DNA of 64,000 nucleotides. Source: Eledone cirrhosa (taxonomy: Eukaryota). Shown here piece after piece: positions 51,639-64,000 of the stretch. Positions within the stretch are counted from its first letter, which is position 1. Every line of letters starts with the position of its first letter. The position numbers and the translations under genes are program-made. The notes under the pieces are model-generated. The model saw nothing but the letters and a program-made list of their open reading frames with translations. It ran no database searches and was not told where the DNA came from. The stretch is from NCBI GenBank assembly GCA_964016885.1, contig OZ024742.1, positions 93,620,001-93,684,000 on the forward strand. Direction: 5' to 3'.

Positions 51639-52571
51639 CCATATATATATTACATATACTTTTCTGCAAAATTCTTTTTAACATGCTATTCTTTAACTCT
51701 ACAACTCAAGTTATTTTATCTGTCTCATGTTTCTTTTGTTATTTAAATGATTGCCTATGTATTATCCTAACGAGACAAAGTAACTTGATTGATTGATCTA
51801 TATTTTCTGCTGATATGAGGGGAGATGTTTTTCTGCCAAATAGATAATTAATTGATTGACTGATTAATTAATTCTTTTGATTTGTACTACATCTTTCCAT
51901 ATAGAAATGATTGTAGGAATAAATGATTGAAATTCAGTAACTACATTGATTATTCCTTCTGAATTGATTATATATATATATAATAATAATAATAATGATA
52001 ATAACAATATTTCTAATTTTGGCACAAGGCCAGCAATTAACCCAGTGCATTACTGGTACTTTATTTTATCAACCCTGTAAGGATGAAAAGCAAAGTTAAC
52101 CTTGGCAGGATTTGAACTCAGGTCGTAAAGGGCCATAACGCTATGCTGCAAAGCATGGTGTCTGACACTCTACCGATACTGCCAAACCATAATAATAATA
52201 TTAAGGTGTAGGAGTGAAGTAACATCAATATCTTTATTCACACATGGCACACATTTCATAATCTTGTGTATTCTCAAGTATCCACAAGTTTAAGGAGCTA
52301 TCAATTCCAGAGTTGGTCCCGATCATTGCCAATCATACATTGAGCTGATCGATTGCCAAAACATGCGTCATGTGTAAATGAATATATTGATGTTATATTG
52401 ATACTTCATTCCATCTCTTTATTATTTTTATTAACACAGTGCTTCTTACTGATACCAATAATGGTGGAGATGCATGCAAACATAGAATCCTACATCGGTA
52501 GCTAGATCCACATATTAGCATTGAGTACTCAAACTAGTGAACCATCAGTAACTAAACATTACACACAAATA

Positions 52572-52617
<46 letters not shown>

Positions 52618-52976
52618 TATTTGTGTGTAATGTTTTTTTTTGTTTAATATAAGGAACTGTTTCTTTGTTTATTCATTATTTTTTTAATAATTTATCTTGA
52701 CTCTGTTTTCCGTTTATTTTTCACCGAAAGTAGTTTTTGAATGCATCTTCTCTTTTCATGATATCCGGATTACATTGAGTTCTTCATACGGATTGGACAC
52801 TACCGTAAACTTTTGGTAGATTTATCTACATACTTTGCTCCTATTTTCACGGAGATATTCTTATTTTTGTATTGTATGTGTATGTAAATTTATATATATA
52901 TACGTATATGTGTATGGCTTTATAACTCCATATACAAATAGTTGAGCTCTTTTTCTTGTCCATTATCCATATCACA

Positions 52977-55417
52977 ATGGAAAAACAATACTTGGGAACT
53001 TCTTTAAAGAATATACCATTACCTTCTAAGGATGATTTCTTACTTCTTATGATACAAAAAACCAACCAATTTATCAGAAGAGTCAGATGGAGGGCCTACC
53101 ACTTCGATAAAAAATCAAAATGTACAGATAGGAAATGTCTGTATGATTTCACTACATATAAAAATCCACCACACAACTCTTTACTTGAAAACTTTGAGAA
53201 AGACCTTTTTAATTTAATCAAACACCTCAAATTTAAGAGGTATAAATTTAACTTTCAAAAGGACCTGGATTCTACCCTATTGGACTAAAAAAATCTAAAA
53301 AAATCCATGTCCACTCGGACAAAACTGGAAACCTATATCACATGGATATTGAAAATTACAATGAGTTCATATATAAAGAACTCAGGAAAAATTATAGAAA
53401 AACAAATAATGCGTCACTTACCAACATCAACAAAAAAAAAACACACAGCATAGTGAATAGACTTAATATTGAAGATAGAACTGAACCTTTGGCACTGAAA
53501 AGACCACACTTCAACCTGAAAGATCATAAATCAAACTTGAACTCTAATCCTTCTATAAGACTTATATGCCCTTCCAAATCAGATATTTGAATAATTAGTA
53601 AACATTTTTTAGATAGAGCCATCCTACAAATAAGAAAACATGTTAATTTACCACTCTGGGAAAACACATCCCAGGTAATTAACTGGTTTAATAATATTAG
53701 ATATAAATCCTCTGCTTCATTTCTACAATTTGATATAGATAATTACTATTCTTCTATATCACCGATACTCCTGAACAAAGCCTTGATATTTGCTAAAAAT
53801 AGATCTAACTTAACTTTGGATGACATTAATATTATTACACATGCTAGACTAACACTACTGGAATTTCAGAATGAATACTGGACCAGAAACACATATAGTA
53901 ATCTATTTGATATTACTATGGGCTCAAGCGATTCTGCCCAAATTACTGATCTTGTGGGCCTCTTTCTTCTTTTTAACATAAATGCTTCCTTTCCCCACCT
54001 TAAAGGTGGTTTATATCGTGACGACTGTCTTCTTCTTTCCAATAACCTTAGCCTCTCAGAGATAGAAAAAAATAAAAAGCTTATTAGAACTTTCCTTAAA
54101 GACTATTATAGTCTAGATATTACATTTGAAAACACAAGTAAAGATATAACATTAGACTTATCTACGGGTATCCACCAACCTTACCATAAACCCAACCAAA
54201 ATTTACACTACATACACTCACAATCTAATCACCCTAAATCTATCCTTAAAAACCTTGCATATAATATATCACTTAGAATTTCTAACCTTTCGTCTAACCA
54301 AGATGTATTTGATAAAAATGCGAACTTTTATAACGAAGCTCTAGCTAGAAGTGGCCACAAAAATAGATTAGAATATATACCTTCTACCAATAACACTACA
54401 AACATACAACCTAATATTACCAACAAACACCAAATGAAACGTACACACCTAAATGCCACTCACACTATACCCCAAAATACCAACATAAAACCAAATTTCT
54501 CTAACTCCTCTAATATACAGTATAGTAACTCTCAAAAAACTACGCATCCTACAACTCTAATAAATGTTAATAATAAAACTCCTAATAAACAAGCTAAAAC
54601 ACCTAAATCAATAAATCTAACTAAAAATGTGTGTGGAGAGGTCATTAACAATAATTCTCCTAGTAAACATCAGGATGCATCCTATAAAAACAATAAACAA
54701 CATAGAAACCGTAATAGACGAGTTACTTGGTATAATGCTCCATTTAATTTACAAGTTAAGGATAATATACCTAAAAAATTCTTTAATATCCTAGAGAAAA
54801 ACTTCCCGCCAAACCATAAATACCATCAAATCTTAAATAGATCAACAGTTAAATTCTCCTACTCAACAACAAAAAACATAAAACAAAATATAAGTGCCTA
54901 TAATGCATATAAATGTAAAAAACCCATAAGTATACCACCAGTACATCAAACTAGCCATAATATCTCCTCAAATACAGGATTAACGAAAAGTTGTAACTGT
55001 AGAAACAAGGCAAACTGTCCATTAAAAGGAAATTGCCTTGTTAATAACATGATATATAAATGTAAAGTTAACACTAAGGACTCTATTTGTTCATATATAG
55101 GAGCTACCTCTAACAATTTTAAGGTAAGATTTAATACCCACAAACATAGTTTTAAAAATGCCGCACTAGCTAATACAACATCTCTAGCTGAAAAAATTAA
55201 TAGTTATAGAAAGAGGAATATAGAATATGACCTGACCTGGAGTGTGCTCAAAAGAGCCACCCCTTATCAAAATAGTAGAAATGAATGTAGATTGTGTTCC
55301 CAAGAACTTTTCGAAATAATGAAATCTAAGGATATCCTATTAAATAAGCGACAGGAATTAATAATATCGTGTAATCATAAACTGAGAAAAACATTTAAAT
55401 ATTATAAACCTAATTAA
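52977..55417 (+). pseudogene. PLE2 reverse transcriptase / GIY-YIG endonuclease with one frameshift (about 53280) and one in-frame TGA (53588)
   Basis: SLKNIPLPS, RVRWRAYHF, SDKT, QFDIDNYY, FDITMGSSDSA, GGLYRDD, WYNAPF, CNCRNKANCPLKGNC, NMIY...YIG, CRLCSQE; colinear with PLE1. Confidence 0.92.
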
Positions 55418-55915
55418 TATACACTTTAGAAATTAATATATAAATTAATTTTAATTTAGTTAACCTATAATTAATATTCTACTACAGATGAATTACAAAT
55501 TTCTGCTTTAAATATTATAAACCTAATTAATATACACTTTAGAAATTAATATATAAACTATTTTTAATTTAGTTAAGCTATAATTAATATTCTACTACTG
55601 ATGAATTACATAATTTGGCTTTCCTTCTTCCAAATATCATTTCCTAAAAGTGATACCATTATGTAAACATATGTAATTATGTTTAATTTAGTTAAGCTAT
55701 AATTAATATTCTACTACTGATGAACTACATAATTCCGCTTTAAATATTATAAACCTAATTATTATACACCTTAGAAATTAATATATAAACTTTTTTATTT
55801 TAGTTAACCTATAATTAATATTCTACTAATGATGAACTACATAATTTGGCTTTCCTTACAAATATCATTTCCTAAAACTGATACCATTAAGTAAACATAT
55901 ATAATGATTTAACTT
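55394..55915 (+). repeat. ~113-bp imperfect tandem repeats at the start of the PLE2 3' UTR
   Basis: TTTAAATATTATAAACCTAATT...TTCTACTACTGATGAATTAC recurs at about 55394, 55507 and 55739, with a partial copy near 55682. The first unit contains the ORF stop. Confidence 0.8.
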
Positions 55916-56101
55916 CAGGTTATGACTCTCCCACTAATAAATTTAATCCCCCCCCCACAATAATTATATGTATATGTAAGTGTGGATGTGTGTGTATATA
56001 AGTGTGTATGTATGTATGTGTGTATGTATGTGAGTGTAAAAATACATATATATGTATATGTATATATATGTATATATATATATATGTGTATATGTGTGTG
56101 A

Positions 56102-56136
<35 letters not shown>

Positions 56137-56183
56137 TGTGTGTGTGTGTGTGTGTGTGTATCTATGTGTACATATGTATATGC

Positions 56184-56228
<45 letters not shown>

Positions 56229-56256
56229 GGTATATGTTTGTGTGTGTATGTGTATG

Positions 56257-56297
<41 letters not shown>

Positions 56298-56338
56298 ATG
56301 TGTGTGTGTATGTATGTGTGTATATATATGTAGGTATA

Positions 56339-56369
<31 letters not shown>

Positions 56370-57088
56370 CATTTTTTTATATATTTTTTTAATCTCCCCT
56401 CATCCTTAACAGCACTTTTCAACTGCTTCTAACTCTTATTTATCACATCTATATGTATTAGTATAATTTTATCAATATATATATACCCATCAATTAAATT
56501 AATTTTATATCCTTTTCATAGATGTATTTTTTTCACTAACATCCTTATCTTAAAACTCTGGTCACCCTAGATATTTGTATTGGCATCACTATTTTATAAC
56601 AGCAACTGCTTGTATACCTTCTACTGACCACCTGACCTAATTAGACCCCTACAATAAGTTTCAATTACTACTATTTTACCATTTGGCCTATTGGTTAATT
56701 CTAAACCTCTTACCAAACAGACAGAATATATTTGATCTTTGTTGGTTTTATTCAATGAACAAATAAAATTATTTCTGAGGTCAACATATGACCTACTTCT
56801 TCCCTAAAGTAATCCATTATTATATTGGATCTTTGTTGGTTTTATTCAATGAAGAAATAAAATTATTTCTGAGGTCAGCATATGACCTATTTCTTCCCTA
56901 AAGTAATCCTTCATTCATAATACTCTTTTCCATCCAAAACTGAAATCTACTTCCCCTACCCATAATTTAAGGTTCTCCTAATGCTATATCACTATCTTGA
57001 CCCTCACTATCTCCTGATTGGTCAATTCAAAACCTGTTCCCAAACAGACCTATTGTATTGAATCTTTGTTCTTATCAATAAACAAGTA

Positions 57089-57230
57089 TCATTATTTCTG
57101 AAGACAGCATATATATGTGAAGGTATGTATATTCCCTCTGATAGTTTGTATAAATATTGTACATAGATCTATAGAATATGCATACCAATTCTAACACATA
57201 TATATCCTAGAAACGATCGTAAAATAATGA
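57089..57230 (+). ncRNA. Type I hammerhead ribozyme with ~105-nt stem II in the PLE2 pLTR
   Basis: Perfect 9-bp stem I TCATTATTT/AAATAATGA; CTGAAGA 57098-57104; stem II with ATATATATGTG/CACATATATAT and GGTATGTATATTC/GAATATGCATACC; GAAA 57210-57213; palindromic ACGATCGT; cleavage after GUA at 57221. Confidence 0.88.
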
Positions 57231-57423
57231 ATTTTTTTTGTTTAATATAAGGAACTGTTTCTTTGTTTATTCATTATTTTTTTAATAATTTATCTTGACT
57301 CTGTTTTCCGTTTATTTTTCACCGAAAGTAGTTTTTGAATGCATCTTCTCTTTTCATGATATCCGGATTACATTAAGTTCTTCATACGGATTGGACACAC
57401 CGTAAACTTTTGGTAGATTTATC

Positions 57424-57494
<71 letters not shown>

Positions 57495-57495
57495 C

Positions 57496-57549
<54 letters not shown>

Positions 57550-57550
<1 letters not shown>

Positions 57551-60066
57551 TAGCAGAAGTACCCGGCGTTGCCCGGGTGTAAGTCGACCTTTGGTCTGTT
57601 AGAATGTGTGAAAGTTACTTCGCGCGCATTACAGGTTCAAAACTTCGAACTTCAATGGAAAAATATAGGTTAGTAGACACAGGTGTGTAATTTATTAATT
57701 GTAGTTACACAGTGTATCGTTGAAATTGTTCTCTGCACGAATGACGGAAGTCAAAATCGCTTGATATTGAATGTTCAGTTAATTTAAAGCAGGGTGAAAA
57801 TTTTGATTACTTTCAGGGTTTATTTTTTTCCAATTTTTGCGCTCACATGTGCAGAAGAAGAATTAAAAGGGCCTTTATCTTAACCGCGGCATAATGGCGA
57901 GTCTTTTGTGACAGTTTTCAAGAATATAGGACGTTCCTGTAAAGAGTTTTCCCATGTGTAACTTTGCCTTGTTTTTTTGCGCAAAGTCGAGCCCCGCTTC
58001 AGTTTTATTGATTTTTTACATTAATGCGTGCTCTCTGAAGTAGATTTGAGTAGCTAAAAACCTGTCCCGGTAAATTTGCTATAGGTGAAAAAAAGTTGAT
58101 CAAAATTGTATCTAGGGTTATTGCCCTTTGCCACAGCCTCAAGCCTCGTCTGACGGGATGTTGGTGATTCCTCCGTCAGCGCTTGTTGGCGACGAAGGCG
58201 AACATCAGCAAGCCTTGTCGTACGTGATGTTGGTGACTCAACCAGCCGGGAAAGACGTCTATCAGCGAGTCGAGATTCGCGCTCAGCAGGTGTTTCCTAG
58301 AGAAAATTAATTAATTCTACTGGTTAGCTAAGCCAATGGCAGTGTCAATAGTAAATGAGAAAAGTCTAACATGAACAAAAGGGAATCAAGGTAAGACAAT
58401 AAATTTAATATAACTACGATTAGAATGTTGTAGTTGCTTAAAAGTGGTGACAGTTAGGATAAACGCAGTACTTGCTAACATTAAGGGAGAATATTGCATA
58501 AAGGATTAATCAATTGTGAATGAACTCATACCTGAGAACGCCTAATTCGTTGTCTCAAAGCAATAGCTGTACCTTTTTTGGAGGTAAGTCTTGAACGTTT
58601 CCGTGTGGGCATAACGACGTGTAACGAAGCTGTTAGGTTAGAGAGAGGTGATTAAATACAGAGAAAGATGACACCAGATTCGTTAGCATGGACTGGTGAA
58701 TGGGAAGGTTTGGAAATATGATTACAATAACTTACCTAATTTTCCCGTCTATAAATTGCACTTAAAATAATTAAATTTAATCAAAAAACAGCTCTGCGCT
58801 TTATACTCCGGTGAGCCTTATGTATAAATAATACAATGGTAATCAATCACGGCTCTAACAGAAGTAATAGATCTAGACTAAAAGTAAAGAAGATAGCATT
58901 TTCTGGTTGGCCTTACACGCCGTTGCGCGGACCTGATTTTAAATGATACGCCTTATATCCTGTTGAGCCTTATAGAGCGGAAAATATCTATTGGAAAAGA
59001 ATACGAATTCATGACCAAGGTGTGACAAAATAGGCGTCTATACAGCGCCTGAAACAAACTTGTCAAAAACCCTAGGATTTTTCTCGTTAAGTATCCACCC
59101 AAAAGGAACCGTTTTTTAGTTACAAAAAATAACCAAAGTGTATAGTAGCTATATTTCTGACATATCATGCCAAAAAGAACAATATATTCAAAAAATGTTC
59201 TAAAGTACATTCAATCTCTCTTTTTGACCGATATCTTAATAAGCAAGTTATCGATTTTTTATTGGCTGTCAGTATCTATCTGCATGCAGGTGTGCACGTG
59301 TGCGCAATTAATTGCAAATATGCTCATAACATTTAGTCGTAAGCAGAACAAAAAATGCCATTAGAGGTGGGCTAATAATGAAGACACAAACCCTGGTGAA
59401 CTTACGTTTAAACACCCGAAAAGTTACTCACTTCCTGTGCAAAAGACTGTATTATAAATTAATTTTTTAGAATCTTTTGTTTAAAAAAGGAAAACATTGG
59501 TACGACGTAAATTTTTTTACTTGTATTGTATGTGTACAACACAACTTGGTCAACGTATTATTTAGTAATTTTTTATCAAAAAGCATGATTATTTAAGACT
59601 GTTTGAAAATTTACTCACAGCTTTTAGGTTCACAAAAGACACCATTAAATTTAGTTCCCTTTTCAGATAGGGATAATACTGTATTTCCACTTGAATAAGG
59701 TGGAATATGAAAAGAGAAACTCTTTAATGGTCGGTCGTTTACTGAGACAGCTGGGAAGACATGCAGCTGGCCGTCCAATCAATAACGCACGTCCTTATAT
59801 GGGCATATGAAATTTATTTTTATTGCGCCAGATGTAAACTAAGAGTTCTTGTGTTCGAATTCACATAAAATTTCATTGGAATCGAAAAATATTCTGTCAT
59901 AGGGCCCGATTATCGATTTTTCGAAAATTTCAAGTAGCCTATTCCACTCTACGCGTTGAGTTTTATATATGTGTGAGGTTTCATAAAAATTGGATGAGCG
60001 GTGTAGCCTGCAAGTTCGGTAAACTAAACAATTAAACAATGTCCGTCTTCCCTTTATATATATAGA
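57550..60066 (-). mobile_element. Non-autonomous Helitron, both ends intact (2517 bp)
   Basis: Minus strand starts TCTATATATATAAAG at 60066 and ends ACCCGG-GCAACG-CCGGGT hairpin + ACTTCTG + CTAG at 57550; inserted between A and T. Confidence 0.92.
58054..58612 (-). CDS. Two-exon mini-ORF (107 aa) resembling a Helitron RepHel N-terminus with STPR-like repeats; exons 58612-58532 and 58296-58054
   Basis: MPTRKRSRLTSKKGTAIALRQRIRRSQ, then a 235-bp phase-0 intron GTATGA...TTTTCTCTAG, then ETPAERESRLAD...ESPTSRTTRLAD...ESPTSRQTRLEA...; the join is in frame. Confidence 0.6.
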
Positions 60067-60107
60067 TATATGTGTGTGTGTGTCTGTGTGTGTGTGTGTA
60101 TATATAC

Positions 60108-60211
<104 letters not shown>

Positions 60212-60226
60212 CTGTGTGTGTATATA

Positions 60227-60257
<31 letters not shown>

Positions 60258-60259
60258 TT

Positions 60260-60817
60260 CTAAGGCGGGTAAAATTCCCGAGATCTATGGACGAGTTCTC
60301 GCCAGCGGTCTCTGTCCCTCATTATCGCTGCCATGTCCTGCATCTCCAACAGACCAGTGTCTGTCCTTAGGGCATCAACATACGTTAACCGTGGTCTTCC
60401 TCTTCTAGTGTGTCCATGTAGGGGCTCCCAAAGGAGCACTGAGTGCAAAGTCAACTCTGGATGTTGGTGAGCATGTCCAGCTAACCTCAGTCTCCCCTGT
60501 GTCACTTTTGAGCTGACTTTTGGGATGCTCCCATACAGCTCTGAGTTTTTCATCCTCAGTGTATACTGATTAATGTTCAGAGCCATCCTCAGCATTCTCG
60601 TGTAGCACCCATCCACCATCTGAGTGAGTTTCTTGGTCAGTGTCCAAGTCTCAGACCCATACAGCAGCACAGACTCCACTACAGCAATGAAGAGGCGGAT
60701 TTTCAGGTCTCTACGAAGGTCCGACTTCCACACTGATCTCAAGCTGTGGCACGCCGCCCAGGTCTTGCTCTTCCTCTCAACCACATCATCTTCCGTATTC
60801 CCAATCTTTGCTCCCAA

Positions 60818-60820
<3 letters not shown>
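60260..60820 (-). mobile_element. RTE-clade LINE C-terminal fragment (different family), open frame, flanked by (TA)n
   Basis: YLG...VESVLLYGSETWTLT...GCYTRMLRMALN...RLRLAGH...WEP...[10 protein letters not shown]; the stop codon is followed almost directly by the TA tract. Confidence 0.88.
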
Positions 60821-60916
<96 letters not shown>

Positions 60917-60936
60917 GTATATGTTTGCGTAAATGT

Positions 60937-60968
<32 letters not shown>

Positions 60969-61479
60969 TTTCCGTCCACTTTTCCCTGCTTGCAAGTATA
61001 TTTATATATATATATAAAGGTAGATAGATTGGTAGATAGAGACAAAACTCGATTTACTTTGAAAAGAAATTATCTTTACTTAAAAATACAACTGCATGTA
61101 ATTTTTCTTTCTTTATAGTTTTTCAAGTTTGAATGATGTGAAGCCACAGATACCTGTCCTTCCATTTTACCATGTCATTACAATTGCTTAAATCAGCAAA
61201 CACCTGGGAATCAGATGTGTGAGAACGCTGACAGACCATAGATAATGGTATTCTTGTCAGTGTTGTGACACAAGCCAATTATATATTATGTATAAGTGTT
61301 CCAATTGATGGAAAGATGGCAGGTTCACTGAAACACATACACAAACATGTTTCATAACACTCTCACTATATTACTTATTACTTTTTAGACATTTATCACT
61401 ACTACTTTCAGCTTTGTCTTGCTTCTTCTTCCATCATGTTGTTGTTATTGCTGCTATCATTGTTTTCTTTGTTGTTCTT

Positions 61480-61490
61480 CTTTCAATATT

Positions 61491-61534
<44 letters not shown>

Positions 61535-62080
61535 AAACATCACCATCATTAACATCAATGTTACCAATAATGTTATCATCATTTATCCATCCATTTGTTA
61601 TCATGGTCATAGTCATGGATATATTCAAAATATTCATCACCCCCATAATCATTTGAAGACCATTATCACTGCTGGAGACATCCTCAGCATCCCTACTATC
61701 ACCATTGATATTACCACCACCACCACCACCACCATCATTGTTGTCATCATCATCAACATCATTATTGTTATCAGCAAATTTAATTTATTCATTATCACCA
61801 TAACGACATACCACATAACAATCCACATCAGTGTTAGAGTTTTTGCCATTACCTCTATCACCACCACCACTACCACTGTCACCATCATCATCATCATCAT
61901 CATCGTCGTCTTTTTTGTCATCATCACTAGAAAGACCACCACCACTACCACTGTCATCATCATCATGATCATCATGATCATAATCATCATCTTTTTTGTT
62001 ATCATCACCATAAAGACTACCACCAATACCATTGTCAACATTGTCATCATAATCGTCATTGTCATTGCTAATAACACTGC

Positions 62081-62121
<41 letters not shown>

Positions 62122-62551
62122 TGATTTCTTTATCGGCCACAAGGGCTGACATCAAGAAAACATTACAGACGGTACAGGACGGTACAAGTCGGTACAATGT
62201 GGGTTTTGTTTGTGTAAAGATTTTTATTATTTATATAAGAAAAGAAAAAGAAAAAGACATAGAAACATATATATATATAAACAATAATAATAATAATAAT
62301 AATAATAATAATCATCGTCAACACCACCACTATAATTGTCATCATCGCCATAATCATAACTGTTATCATGGTCAACACCCTCAGTGTTCTGGATATCATT
62401 ATTGTCATCATCTTCATAGCTAATATCATCATCAACATCACCATTATCATACCTATCATCATTGCCATCACCGGCATGGGCCCTACTATCTCCATGTTTA
62501 CCGCTACCAGACCCCACCTATCTCACCCTCCAACCAACTATCGGCGTCATT

Positions 62552-62585
<34 letters not shown>

Positions 62586-62880
62586 ATTATGCATGTCATC
62601 TCCATCATCATCACTACCACAATTATCATCTTCATCATCATCATCATGAATATCATCTCCATCCTTACCATCTTTATCATCATCATCACTAGCATCCTTA
62701 TTCTGCATATCGGTATCACCACCACCACAATCATCACCACCACCATGATTATCATCATCATCACCACCACCACCATGATTATTACTATCACTACCACGAT
62801 TCTCACTATCACCAACACCAACACCATCACTACCACCACCACCACCATCATCATAATTACTCCGATCTCTATGATTACTC
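61480..62880. repeat. Cryptic trinucleotide region (CAT/CAC/AAT)n
   Basis: Direct reading; source of poly-I/T/H/M ORFs. Confidence 0.9.
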
Positions 62881-63377
62881 TTCCCTCCCCCCCAACTTCA
62901 CCCTCCCTCCCAACAATCCTACCCTTCCAACAAATCCTTACCCCCACCAGTCACACCCTGCCTAACTCTAGTCTCAGCCCCTCCCTCCAGTCTCAGCCCC
63001 TCCCTCCCTCCCACTAATCATATTCAGTTGTTGTTTATATTCTTAAGATTGTTATCTGAGATGTCATTGAAAAGTTGTCAAATATTGGGACTAATTTGTT
63101 TCTTGTTAATTTTTAATATTTCATCAGCATTTCATTTCTTTCCTCTATTAATTCTTCTTTCTTTTCTTCTTTCTTTCATTTTTTCACTTCATTTAATTTA
63201 ATTTTATCTTTGTCTTTGGTGGTGGACGGCTGTTGGGTTGGCCTAGGCTGTTATGTTTCGCCTCCTCCAACTGACAAGAATAAATCATTATGATAACTGA
63301 AAAGTCTAATGGTTTTTAATCATTGCCTGCTCATCACCAACAATGACAACACATTCCATTATCTCACACAGACAGGT

Positions 63378-63416
<39 letters not shown>

Positions 63417-63458
63417 GTAATAGTAATAATAATAGTAATAATAATAGTAATAAAAATG

Positions 63459-63506
<48 letters not shown>

Positions 63507-63850
63507 GTAGTAATAAAAATACATCTAGTACTGTCAGTAATCGTAATAGTAATAATGATAATAATGTTAATATTAATTGTAATAATGATGATGGTAATAA
63601 TAATAGTAATGAGGGTAGTAAAATTATAGTAATAGTAACAATAACGACAACAACAATAATGAATATAGGATAATAATGATAAAAGATAATAAAAATATTA
63701 ATGATGATGATAGTTATAATAAAATAGCAATCATGGTGGTGGTGCTGATGGTAGCCATGTCAATGATGATGATGATGATGATGATAATTGTGAAGATGAT
63801 GATTATGATAAAGCTGATGATGTTGATGATGATGGAGATGATAATAACAA
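63378..63850. repeat. (AAT/AGT/GAT)n low-complexity region
   Basis: Direct reading. Confidence 0.9.
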
Positions 63851-64000
63851 CAGCATTTAAGCAGAAAATAAGCAGGATAAGATTGTCAGGGGAGAACAGG
63901 AGATGATTTATAAATTCATGAAACACTTTTGAGAATTTATTATTTTTGTTTTTCAATTATTTAGCTGAGAATTATAGACCACTCCCATAGCTTTTGGACG

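Larger units (their letters stand above)
52628..57430 (+). mobile_element. Penelope-like retroelement 2 (C-terminal GIY-YIG; Nematis-like motifs) with direct pLTR repeats
   Basis: About 197-bp near-identical direct repeats at 52633-52830 and 57232-57428; RT/GIY-YIG ORF; HHR just upstream of the 3' repeat; (TA)n at both ends. Confidence 0.93.

Noticed and set aside
53588-53590. In-frame TGA in PLE2 as possible selenocysteine (as in Naiad PLEs)
   Set aside because: It aligns to Ala in PLE1 rather than Cys, the ORF also has a frameshift, and the endonuclease is C-terminal, so a nonsense mutation is more likely.
58128-58310. Plus-strand 60-aa ORF inside the Helitron
   Set aside because: Antisense shadow of the minus-strand STPR-like exon.
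61419-63956. Poly-Ile/Thr/His/Met ORFs
   Set aside because: Translations of trinucleotide low-complexity DNA, open on both strands.

Overview
AT-rich, microsatellite-dense animal genomic DNA. The repeat content suggests a coleoid cephalopod such as Octopus (inference). No host gene is confidently identifiable; the window is almost all mobile elements and repeats. The main theme is a Penelope-like element (PLE) and hammerhead ribozyme (HHR) system inserted in (TA)n tracts. It comprises two near full-length GIY-YIG PLEs (24.4-29.0 kb minus, 52.6-57.4 kb plus), each with an HHR in its 3' pseudo-LTR, and a 310-bp non-coding tandem array (1791-4080) with one intact minimal type I HHR per unit, arranged as two divergent arms (retrozyme-like). 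About eight further short HHR-bearing or HHR-derived inserts occur, several with the same inverted architecture. Also present: a complete non-autonomous Helitron (57550-60066) retaining a spliced STPR-like mini-ORF; R4/Dong, HERO, RTE (one with a PHD-like finger inside the RT) and L1/Tx1 remnants; mariner and Tigger relics; tRNA-derived SINEs; a 5-kb 50-bp minisatellite that produces spurious His-rich ORFs; and a pre-miRNA-like hairpin. All calls come from reading and hand-translating the sequence; no searches or folding programs were run.
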